In this document: positions 29,704 to 39,047 of the stretch, piece by piece
Layout of the letters: each line of letters begins with the position of its first letter
Position numbering within the stretch: the stretch's first letter is position 1
Assembly: GCA_902516465.1 (NCBI GenBank)
Contig: CABXZD010000003.1
Span: forward strand, 1,097 to 65,096
From: an uncultured Pelagibacteraceae bacterium
GTDB lineage: Bacteria; Pseudomonadota; Alphaproteobacteria; Pelagibacterales; Pelagibacteraceae
Direction: 5' to 3'
DNA length: 64,000 nt
Position numbers and translations under genes: made by a program
The notes under the pieces: generated by a model
What the model was told of the DNA's origin: nothing
Database searches by the model: none
Seen by the model: the letters and a program-made list of their open reading frames with translations, nothing else

Positions 29704-31101
29704 TTAATCTACTTTTTGGAACAGAACTACAAATATAGTTCTAATTAAAATGTAAACATCCAACATTAAATTCCAATTTTTAATATAATACAGGTCATGT
29801 TGAAAACGTTTATTCATAGATCCTTCAGAATTAGTTGGACCCCTCAAGCCATTAACTTGAGCCCAGCCTGTGATTCCTGGTAAACATTTATGTCTTTGCA
29901 TAAAATTTTGAACTTCTTTCGAATAATGTTTAGTATGATCTGTCATATGAGGTCTTGGTCCAACTATTGACATATCACCCTTTAAAACATTTAAAAACTG
30001 AGGTAATTCATCAATGCTTAATCTTCTTATAATTTTACCAACTTTTAAAAGTCTACTATCACCTGCTTTAACTTGTAATGACTCATTTCTATTTTTAAGA
30101 TTTTTAATTGATCTAAGTTTTAAAATATTAAATGATTTTCCATCCCACCCTGTTCTTCTTTGTTTAAAAAATATTGGAAACCCGTCCTCTAAAAAAATAA
30201 ATATGGAAAATAAAAGCATTATTGGTAAAGAAAATAATATGAAAATAACTGAAAGTATCTTGTCAATGAGCGTTTTAATTAAAAAACTTGTTCCATAAAA
30301 TGGAGAAAAAGAAACATTGTAAAAATCAAATCCAGCTTCACTATCTAGACCTTCAATAAATTTAAATTTTGATTCAGGTTGAATTAAGCGACAATCTATA
30401 GAAAAGTTTAGAAATTTATCAATTATATTTTCGATATATGACTGCGTTTTAATTGAAGAAATTATCCATACTTGGCCTATAGAATGATGATTTAATATTT
30501 GGCCAAAATTTTCATTTAACCCAAAGCTTGGAATACCATAAAAATTAGTATCCTTTTTATCTAATTGATCAATTGCTATCAAACATTTAATGACTGAGTT
30601 ACTAACCTTTTTTGGAAATTTTCGAATTATATTTTGACAACTTTTAGAGTCTCCTATTAAAAGAACATTTCTTTGAATTGTATTTGATTTAACTAATCTT
30701 GTATAAAAAAAATCAAACAACACTTTTGAAATTAAAAATAAAACAAAAGAAACTGATACAAAAGTAAAGAACCAGATACGTGAATAGTTTTGAGTAATTT
30801 TAAATAACACTGTTATAAAAATTACAAAAATAAAAGTCTGAAAAAGTAGTAGAAATTCAACTCTCAACCATTGAGTTGAACCTTTAATATATCTTTTTTC
30901 TTTGTTGTTAAAAAAAGATAAAACCATGAAAGCTATTATGGATAGTAACGTTCCTTCTAAGTATAATTCAGATAATTTCCATGTATTATTTCTTAGAAAA
31001 TAAGCTAATATTGAACTTAGATAAAGAATTGAACCTAAAAATATATAATAAAATAATAAAAAAGCTTTATCATCTCTTTGAAAGATTTTTTCAAATATCA
31101 T
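29704..31101 (-). CDS. Undecaprenyl-phosphate sugar-1-phosphate transferase (WcaJ/GumD-like priming enzyme)
   Basis: N-terminal TMs; FKQRRTG, KLRS, RRLSIDELPQFLNVLKGDMSIVGPRP, PGITGWAQVNG, DLYYI. Confidence 0.92.
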   Translation of the reverse strand: MIFEKIFQRDDKAFLLFYYIFLGSILYLSSILAYFLRNNTWKLSELYLEGTLLSIIAFMVLSFFNNKEKRYIKGSTQWLRVEFLLLFQTFIFVIFITVLFKITQNYSRIWFFTFVSVSFVLFLISKVLFDFFYTRLVKSNTIQRNVLLIGDSKSCQNIIRKFPKKVSNSVIKCLIAIDQLDKKDTNFYGIPSFGLNENFGQILNHHSIGQVWIISSIKTQSYIENIIDKFLNFSIDCRLIQPESKFKFIEGLDSEAGFDFYNVSFSPFYGTSFLIKTLIDKILSVIFILFSLPIMLLFSIFIFLEDGFPIFFKQRRTGWDGKSFNILKLRSIKNLKNRNESLQVKAGDSRLLKVGKIIRRLSIDELPQFLNVLKGDMSIVGPRPHMTDHTKHYSKEVQNFMQRHKCLPGITGWAQVNGLRGPTNSEGSMNKRFQHDLYYIKNWNLMLDVYILIRTIFVVLFQKVD

Positions 31102-31140
31102 TTTTGATACTATATTAGATTTGAGGTTAAATAATAATAT

Positions 31141-33328
31141 TTAACTGTAACTTTTATATTTATTATAATAACCACCATATTGATAGTATCCATAATAACT
31201 AGCTTTTGAAGTATCTAAATCGTTAAAGATCAATCCGTCGACTTTAACTTTGACATTATTTAATTTTTTCAGGACAGATTTTATCCCAATCAATTTAGTA
31301 AAGTTTGATCTTGCAATTAAGAAATTGTGATCTGTTGCTTGGCTTAAAAATAATGTATCACTTACTGGTTGTATCGGTGGTGTGTCAATAATTACATAGT
31401 CGTAATTTTTTTTGAGAGCATCAAAAAAAATTTTTAGTTTATTTGTTGTGGTCAAATCAGTTAAATCAGACCTTCTAGTCCCAGATGTCATAACCTCAAT
31501 ATCAGATCCAGGTAGTTTCATTAAACATTCACTTAATTTCGTTTTGCCTTGTATAATATCACTAAATCCAACTTCTGGTGCTTCCTCAGCTTGGTTAGTT
31601 TTACTTAATACCGACGGTCTTCTGATATCTGTTTCAATTAACAATACTTTTCCAATTTTTGAGAATGCAAGAGCAGCGTTTAAAGAAACAGTAGTTTTTC
31701 CTTCTCCCGAATATGAGGAACTTATTAAAAAAGATTTATTTTTCTGATATTTGGCAACTAAGAGAGTTCTTAAAGTTCTAATACTTTCTGAAAACTCAGA
31801 GTTCACATCTTCAAGAAACATTTGTGACAAATGATATCCTTTATCTAACTTTTTGACCTTAGGTAGTGTGGACAATACAGGAATGTTTAACGACTCAAGA
31901 TTGGATGGTTCAATGACCGTATTACTATTAAATTCTAAGTAAACTAAACTTCCAAATAATATAATAAAAGATATTAAATAAAACATTATTGTTATATTTG
32001 TAACATTTGGAGATACTGGTACTAGTGGTAAAAGAGCATTTTGAATAATTCTTACATTTGAAGACTGAAGTTCTTTTACCTCATTAGTTTCTTTCATTCT
32101 TTGAAGAAAGGTCTCATAAATTTTATTATTTGTCTCTACTTCACGTACGTATTGTTGCAAAGCAACATCTTTTTCCTCTAAAGCCTGTAACTCAAATTTT
32201 GCTTTATCTAATTCAACTTCACTAGACTCAATGAAACCTTTTAAATTAGATAGTTCAAAAGCTGCAGCTGCAATATTTTCGTCTAAAATTTCTTTAAGTC
32301 GATTGTCTAAATTTTGTTTAGTTTTTAATGCTTTTTGAACCTTAGGATGTTCGTCAGTGTAAATAATTTGAAGAGACTCAATATTATTATTTGTAGCATT
32401 TATGTTAGTTCTGATAGTGTCTACTTCTTTTTTGTTTCTTAAATCTGCTATTGCTAAGAGTTCATCAACATTACCGTCTGCAAGTTTAATTGAAGTAAGA
32501 TCATTTTGTTTTTTTTGTAATTCTCTATTTGCTTCAATTATTCTTTGAGAGACCGATTTAATTTGTTCAATTTTTAGATCTTTTATATCACCAATATCGA
32601 TTAAATTATTTTCTTTTTTATATTCTAATAATTTTTGTTCAGCAATTTCCATATCTTCTAATAACTTTGATAGCCTCAAATTTATTTGTTGATTTGCGTA
32701 ATTAGTTACTTTAACTTTAGTATCAACATCATATTTTAGATAAGCATCAATTACTTGCTCTAATAAAAACTTTGCAAACTCAGCATTTTCCGAGTTCATT
32801 GTGATATTAACTACATCACTATTTCTAATTTGTGTTACTCCAAAATTTTTTTTAATATAATTTTTAAGTGTAAGTTTTAGGTCCTTTTCTTTTAAATTAT
32901 TATCATCCTTAAAAAAAATTGAAAAATTGTAAATTTTTTGTAAAATAATTTTTAGGTAGTTTTTTATAAAAATTTTTTATCCTCTCCAACTTTTTTTCAT
33001 CCAATAAGATAGAAGATATCACCTCGTCACTTTCGATAATTTGAACTTGATTATTAATATAATTAGATGAACTAAAACCACTTCCTCTAATCTCACCATC
33101 GTACACTTCTTCTATATTTACAATATTTTTCGAAGATTCTGTTATTACTAATGTTGCTTGGCTTTGAAAAGTTGGATTGATATTTAAAGAAATAAACAAA
33201 CCTAAAAGTCCAAATAAAAAAGGTACAAGTAGGATTATTCTTTTATATTTTAATAATACAATCCAGTAATGAGCAAGATTTAATTGCTCATTAATATCTC
33301 CAATTCTATCTAAAAAACTTTTTTCCAT
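31141..33328 (-). pseudogene. wzc: Wzc polysaccharide co-polymerase/BY-kinase, split by a 1-nt frameshift at a T8 run (32911-32918)
   Basis: N-terminal Wzz part (32909..33328) stops at TTT TTT TAA. Removing one T gives NFFKDDNNLKEKDLKLTLKNYIKKNFGVTQIRNSDVVNITMNSEN, joining the 552-aa ORF with Walker A SGEGKTT, ETDIRRP, IIDTPP and Tyr cluster YYGYYQYGGYYNKYKSY. Joined product is 728 aa. Confidence 0.88.
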
Positions 33329-33430
33329 TATGAGAAAGAATCTAATTAAAAAAGATTCGCTTACAAGTTGTTTTTTATATCAGGAGTCTATTTTGTTAAT
33401 TTAAAATTAAATTTACTATATGTAGTGTTA

Positions 33431-33910
33431 TCATTTTTGCATTATAATAATATTAGTCTCTTCACTAAATCTTGGAATGTTTCTTAAATAATAAAGTTTT
33501 AAAGATTTATTTTTCTTTTCAATATTTTTAGAAAGCAAATAAAGATTAATAAAATTTCTTTCAAATTCCGATCTACTGGAAGTATTTTTAATTTGATGTA
33601 GAATTTTCATCTCCCAATATTTGTAATCGAGTGATGATTTTTTTTCTGTCATACTTATAAGATCATAAAGTTTTTTACTATCTGGAATAGTAGTTTGAAT
33701 ATCTTTCTTTTTAAACATAAAGGGTTTGATAAAAAAAATTGAGTAGTTATATGGTGAATATTTGATAACTTTTGAAAAATAACCATCAATTTTAAAGCTA
33801 AAGGATATAATTAATATAGAGAAAATATTATATAAAGAGATTATAATTAAACTAGTAATTAATAATTTGCTTATGTACTTATTAAAAAAAAACACATTAA
33901 ATTTTATCAA
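33431..33910 (-). CDS. Hypothetical membrane-anchored helical protein (start uncertain: TTG 33910 or GTG 33895)
   Basis: N-terminal hydrophobic helix followed by a helical region; co-oriented upstream of wzc. Confidence 0.6.
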   Translation of the reverse strand: MIKFNVFFFNKYISKLLITSLIIISLYNIFSILIISFSFKIDGYFSKVIKYSPYNYSIFFIKPFMFKKKDIQTTIPDSKKLYDLISMTEKKSSLDYKYWEMKILHQIKNTSSRSEFERNFINLYLLSKNIEKKNKSLKLYYLRNIPRFSEETNIIIMQK

Positions 33911-36900
33911 AATAAAATTAGTTTTACCATTACTTTTAACAATACTGTTTTTTTGTAATATTAGCTATTCTGAAGAAATATTTGTGGGTTTCATTGAAAC
34001 TTTAGAGGGTCAAGCTAAAAAAAAAATTAATGGAAATTTTAAAAGACTAAGTGAGTATGATCAAATATTTACTAATGAGAATATAATAGTTGAGCCAAAT
34101 TCATCTATTAATATTTCATTTATCGATAATTCTATTTTAACTATTGATGGGAATTCTGAATTCTTAATTAAAGAATTTAATAATGCTTCTCAAGAAGAAA
34201 TATTTCATTTGGAAATTGTAAAAGGAAAATTCACTTTTGAATCTGGATCAATTGCAAAATCAAAAGATGATGCAATGAAAATTATTTTGTCTGAAATTGA
34301 AGTTGTTCTTAATGGAACACTTGTTACAGGTGAAAACTCAGAGGTAAGTAAGTCAATAGCCCTAATAGAAGACACTATGGGAAAAGTTGGAAGTTTAAAA
34401 ATTATAATTGGAGATCAAACCACAACGATAACCGATCCCTCAGCTGGAGTAAATGTTTCAGGTTCTCAAATTCAGCAAACTATTCTGAGTACTGAACAAA
34501 CAAATCAAATTAAAGAAATTAAAAAGAAAGCATTAGTTAAATCATCAACACAAAGTGAAGAGGATATAGATAGAGCTCTTTCAAAACAGTTAGCTAATGG
34601 AACAATACCTGATGCTAATGGAGATGGTATTACTGATGCAAATGATATTGAGGCTTATAAAAATGAGATTTACGATTTTAGGGGAGATAGGTTTGATTAT
34701 TTTGTAGAATATTCCACAGGCGCGGACATGGAGTTAATGTCGGATATAATTATGAATTCTGACCCAAGTCAATCAATGTATCTTATGCAAAGTATGATTG
34801 ATTATGATCAAGGTAATACTACTTTTCTTATGGATGAGGTTGCAAAGGCTGGATTTGATGTATTTTCACACATGGCCCAAGCTGATGGTTTAGATCCAAC
34901 AATGCCTTACATGGATGAAACTTTTGATTTTAATGAAATCAGAACTTCAATAGTTGATGGAATGATTTTAGATCAATCTGAGCAATCAATTGATGCAATA
35001 GCTAGAGTAATGGCAGTAAGTGATCCTTCAATGAGCACATATTTAGTAGAAGAGATTTCTAATATAACACCACAAGGTGACGATAATTTTTCAATAGATG
35101 TTTTAGCTAGTTTTACAGAGATGGCGCCAGAAAAATTAGCTGAATTCTATGAAGAAGACCCTGAGACAATGAATAAATTAACAACCAACGCATTTCAGAA
35201 TGCTGATGAAGGGGATATCGAAATGATGGCAACGATTATGCAGGAAACTTCTCCAAAAGATACTGCTTTATTGATGACAAATTTAGTAGAAAATAATCCT
35301 GAAATGATTGCTGGAGTTTATGGCAATCTAGCAGCACAAGATTTTGATCTATTTGATCACATAGAATCTGCAAAAGTTCAATCTGGTGAAACTGTAAGTG
35401 TAAGTATTGCAAACGACTCTATGTATGGAACAGAAATCAGCGATGGAAATGAAACTATGAATATGATTGTAGATGATAATATCGTTGCTTATCAAGATGA
35501 GTATTTTCAAAACTTTAAAGGAGAAGTTTTTGCTGAAATAATAGCTCATTCTGAAGGGACTTCCTCTGAAATTGTTGCTGAGCTAATGATGGATACAACT
35601 AATGGAGATACTGCGATGTTTATGATGGAAGCGGTAATGAATGAAAATCCAGATGTATTAGGTGAGGTTATGAATAGTTTTGCTGAACAAAATTTTGATA
35701 TTTTCGAACATATAGAGGAGACCACTATTGAGGAAGAAAATATTGATATTGAGGAAAATCAAACTGAAAATATTTTAATTACAGATGAAAACTTATCAAC
35801 CACCTCTTCAGCAACTGTTGCTATAAATGAAACAACCTCAAGCTCAGAAAATAAAATTCGATTGTCAAAAGCTGAAAGACAGGCTTTAAAAGAAGAAAAA
35901 ATAGCTAAAAGAAAAGCTGAAAAAATTGCTAAACAAGAAAAAAGGAAAGCTGAAAGACAAGCTGCAATTGCTGAAAGAAAAGCTGCAAATAAAGCTGCAA
36001 GATTAGCAGCTAGGCAAGGTAACGATGAAGAAATAGAATTTTTTAACAATGAATTAGATGATTTAAAGGAATTTAAAACAGAAGTGTTTAAAGAAATGAT
36101 AGAGAATTCTAATGAAAATACTATGTCTACAATGGCTAAGCTAGTGTCTACAACAGATAATTCTACTGCCTCATTAATTTTTGAAACCGTTATTGCTGAA
36201 CAAAATAATCCTGAAGAAAATATTGATAATGCTTCAAGTCAAAATCTAGCTTTAGATTTTATGGACAGTCTTAGTAATGTCGAATCAGAGATGGTAGAAA
36301 CAATTTATGAAACTCAAACCGATCTAGTGAATGATATTGTAAACACAGCTTTATCAGATATATCGGCAGAAGATTCTGATGCAATAGCAAATATAATTTC
36401 TTCTTCAGGTAATGATGAGATTAATGAAATAGTTTTCAATAATATAGCTTCCATTAATGATCAATCTTTAACGGCTGAAGTTTTCACAGTTTTAGCAGAT
36501 AGCGATAGTGGAACAGAGGCTATAATCGCAATGGCTTCAAATAATCAAAGTCTTTATGAAAATATTGCTATGGATGTTGATCCAACATACATGACTGCTG
36601 CATCCTTGTATTCAGACACAGCCTCACAATACAATACTTCTACAGCAGCAACTAGTGCAACAACATCTGCTTCAGATACTACAACTTATGCTGCTGGAGA
36701 TATATCTTGGACTACCTACCCTATGTCACCTGGAACTATTTCTACTAGTTATTATGTGAGTATAACTGGAACAGCTGAGTCTATGAATGGAGTAGTTTAT
36801 TCTGTATCAGATTTACCTGATGGTTTAACTTTAGATTATACAACTGGGATGATTTTTGGAACACCAACAAGTCCTGGAATTTTTAATACAACGCTAACAG

Positions 36901-39047
36901 CTACAGATAAAATGGATTCAGCTAATTTTGCTACTGCTAGTTTAACTTTTGATATTATTGAAGACACTAGTGGAGGTTATGATGAAGGAGGCGATGGAGG
37001 TAGCTTTTCATTCATGTCAACTCCTTATCCTCCGGCAACTTTGACTGTTAATAATACAATTACACCAATATATCTTTATACATCGGGGGGTGTTGGTAAT
37101 ATCACTTTTACAGCAACTGGTTTACCTTCTGGTATATCTATAATGGGTGATGAAATTATGGGTACTCCAAACACTCAAACATTTGTTGGAAGTACTGTTA
37201 ATATTATAGCTACAGATGAAGATGGAAATACTACGAGTATAAGTCTTACATTTCCAATGGTAAACTCTAATTCTGGAGAAGGTGGAGGAGCAAGTGGACC
37301 TACATGGGCAACTTATCTTTATCCACCTGCATCGCTAACAGAAGGTATTGAAATGCCTGATATGTATTTAGATGCTACGGGAACAGGATCTATAAGTTTT
37401 ACAGCATCAAATTTACCGATGGGTTTATATGTTGATGGGGAGTATATTAGAGGAACTCCTAGTATGCAAACTGATGCAACTTCTAGTGTGATGATTACTG
37501 CTACAGATGATATGGGTTCGCAAACCAAATATGTTACATTCCCAAGTGTAGACTCTAGTAGTGGAGGTGGTAGTGTTACTTGGACAACTACACAAGCTGA
37601 TTTTCCATCGACTATGACTAAAGGAACAGCAATATCGTCTATAACTTTAAGTGCAACAGGAAGTATGGAACCAATTACTTATACTGATGATGGTAATTTA
37701 CCAAATGGGATTTCTTTAACAGCAGGAATAATATCCGGTACTCCTCAGAATGTTAGAGCTACAGAGACTACTGTAACTTTTACTGCTGAGGATATGGAGG
37801 GTAATGAAGAGACCTTGACAGTTTTCTTTCCGATAATAAATGCTGCAAGTGGTATTAGTAATCCTAATTGGATTACCACCCCAACAACTACAGGAACTTA
37901 TACTACAAGTTCAAATATAAGCATAAGTGCTGAGGCAGTCTCGGTTCCGGCAGCAAATGGAGTGATTTATTCTGCTTCAAGTTTACCTCCAGGAATTACT
38001 TTAGATACAGCAACCGGACTTATTTCTGGAACACCTACAACTGCCGGAACTTATAACTCAGAAATAAAAGTAGAAGATGCAACAGATGGTACTTTTCAAA
38101 TAACTGAAACTTTAACATTTAGTGTTACTGGCAGTGGAGGTCTAACTTGGAATACAACTGCTGCAGAGTTTTCGTCTTTAACTTTAACTGAAGGTACACC
38201 TATGTCTTCTATAATTTTATCTGCAACAGGAGTTGGTACTATAACTTATGCAGATGACGCAATGTTACCAGCAGGTATATTTTTATCTGGAGGAGTTGTT
38301 TCTGGAACCCCATCTTCGTCAACTGAAACAGAGACAACTGTTACTTTTACAGCACAAGATGAAGATGGTGATACTGAAACCTTAACTGTTTCTTTTCCAG
38401 TGATAAACGCTAGTGGAGGTGGAACCGTAACTTGGATTACAACTTCAGCAGATTTTCCAACTACTCTAACGGTAGGTGATCCAATTTCTTCAATAAGTTT
38501 ATCAGCAACTGGAACAGGAAGTATCAATTATTATATATCTAGCGGATCCTTACCATCTGGATTAACTTTAGCAGGAGGATTAGTTTCTGGAACTCCCACT
38601 ACAACGACTGCAACTTCGACTACTATTACTTTTACCGCAGAAGATGATGACACTAATACTGAGGATCTAGTTGTAAATTTACCACAAATAGATGGTGGAG
38701 ATGAAAGTGAAACTGTTGAATTCGATACACCTGAAGGAACATTAGAGACATTTGATGCCGGAGAAAATATAACTGAAACAGTTGAAGCAACTGCTAGTCA
38801 AGGTTCAGCAATAACCTACACGTTTACAGCTACCAATAGTGAAAATGCGTTTGGTTTAACTGGAACTGGAATTTCAGTAACAGGAAATACAATTTCAGGA
38901 ATAGCACCCAGGTTATATGTAGCAGCAACTTTTACATTTGATTTCACGGCTGAAATAGGTAATGGAGCTACTAATAGTAGAGCATTTGAAATTGATGTAT
39001 TAGAAGACTCAACTTGCATTTCTCCAACAAATAATATTTGTACTTAA
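33873..39047 (+). CDS. Giant exported protein: FecR-like N-domain, acidic Met-rich helical repeats, eight Ig-like (He_PIG-type) domains
   Basis: Signal peptide; ISFIDNSILTIDGNSEFLI...IVKGKF FecR-like pattern; DANGDGITDAND Ca-loop; eight W/F...LPxG(L/I)...I(S)GTP-type repeats in 36700-39000 (the last divergent). Confidence 0.85.
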   Translation: MYLLKKNTLNFIKIKLVLPLLLTILFFCNISYSEEIFVGFIETLEGQAKKKINGNFKRLSEYDQIFTNENIIVEPNSSINISFIDNSILTIDGNSEFLIKEFNNASQEEIFHLEIVKGKFTFESGSIAKSKDDAMKIILSEIEVVLNGTLVTGENSEVSKSIALIEDTMGKVGSLKIIIGDQTTTITDPSAGVNVSGSQIQQTILSTEQTNQIKEIKKKALVKSSTQSEEDIDRALSKQLANGTIPDANGDGITDANDIEAYKNEIYDFRGDRFDYFVEYSTGADMELMSDIIMNSDPSQSMYLMQSMIDYDQGNTTFLMDEVAKAGFDVFSHMAQADGLDPTMPYMDETFDFNEIRTSIVDGMILDQSEQSIDAIARVMAVSDPSMSTYLVEEISNITPQGDDNFSIDVLASFTEMAPEKLAEFYEEDPETMNKLTTNAFQNADEGDIEMMATIMQETSPKDTALLMTNLVENNPEMIAGVYGNLAAQDFDLFDHIESAKVQSGETVSVSIANDSMYGTEISDGNETMNMIVDDNIVAYQDEYFQNFKGEVFAEIIAHSEGTSSEIVAELMMDTTNGDTAMFMMEAVMNENPDVLGEVMNSFAEQNFDIFEHIEETTIEEENIDIEENQTENILITDENLSTTSSATVAINETTSSSENKIRLSKAERQALKEEKIAKRKAEKIAKQEKRKAERQAAIAERKAANKAARLAARQGNDEEIEFFNNELDDLKEFKTEVFKEMIENSNENTMSTMAKLVSTTDNSTASLIFETVIAEQNNPEENIDNASSQNLALDFMDSLSNVESEMVETIYETQTDLVNDIVNTALSDISAEDSDAIANIISSSGNDEINEIVFNNIASINDQSLTAEVFTVLADSDSGTEAIIAMASNNQSLYENIAMDVDPTYMTAASLYSDTASQYNTSTAATSATTSASDTTTYAAGDISWTTYPMSPGTISTSYYVSITGTAESMNGVVYSVSDLPDGLTLDYTTGMIFGTPTSPGIFNTTLTATDKMDSANFATASLTFDIIEDTSGGYDEGGDGGSFSFMSTPYPPATLTVNNTITPIYLYTSGGVGNITFTATGLPSGISIMGDEIMGTPNTQTFVGSTVNIIATDEDGNTTSISLTFPMVNSNSGEGGGASGPTWATYLYPPASLTEGIEMPDMYLDATGTGSISFTASNLPMGLYVDGEYIRGTPSMQTDATSSVMITATDDMGSQTKYVTFPSVDSSSGGGSVTWTTTQADFPSTMTKGTAISSITLSATGSMEPITYTDDGNLPNGISLTAGIISGTPQNVRATETTVTFTAEDMEGNEETLTVFFPIINAASGISNPNWITTPTTTGTYTTSSNISISAEAVSVPAANGVIYSASSLPPGITLDTATGLISGTPTTAGTYNSEIKVEDATDGTFQITETLTFSVTGSGGLTWNTTAAEFSSLTLTEGTPMSSIILSATGVGTITYADDAMLPAGIFLSGGVVSGTPSSSTETETTVTFTAQDEDGDTETLTVSFPVINASGGGTVTWITTSADFPTTLTVGDPISSISLSATGTGSINYYISSGSLPSGLTLAGGLVSGTPTTTTATSTTITFTAEDDDTNTEDLVVNLPQIDGGDESETVEFDTPEGTLETFDAGENITETVEATASQGSAITYTFTATNSENAFGLTGTGISVTGNTISGIAPRLYVAATFTFDFTAEIGNGATNSRAFEIDVLEDSTCISPTNNICT
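36700..39000 (+). repeat. Eight tandem ~90-aa Ig-like repeats within the giant protein
   Basis: Recurrent LPDG/LPSG/LPMG/LPNG/LPPG/LPAG/LPSG followed by GTP, then T-x-T-A-x-D, separated by Gly/Ser linkers. Confidence 0.85.

Noticed and set aside
32909-33328. Stand-alone Wzz-like gene separate from a kinase gene
   Set aside because: The break falls within the periplasmic region and one base removal fuses the frames; not the natural CapA/CapB-type split
36700-39000. Repetitive DNA considered as a CRISPR array or DGR template/variable repeat
   Set aside because: Repeats are degenerate protein-level Ig domains with no identical direct repeats or spacers; no cas or reverse transcriptase gene
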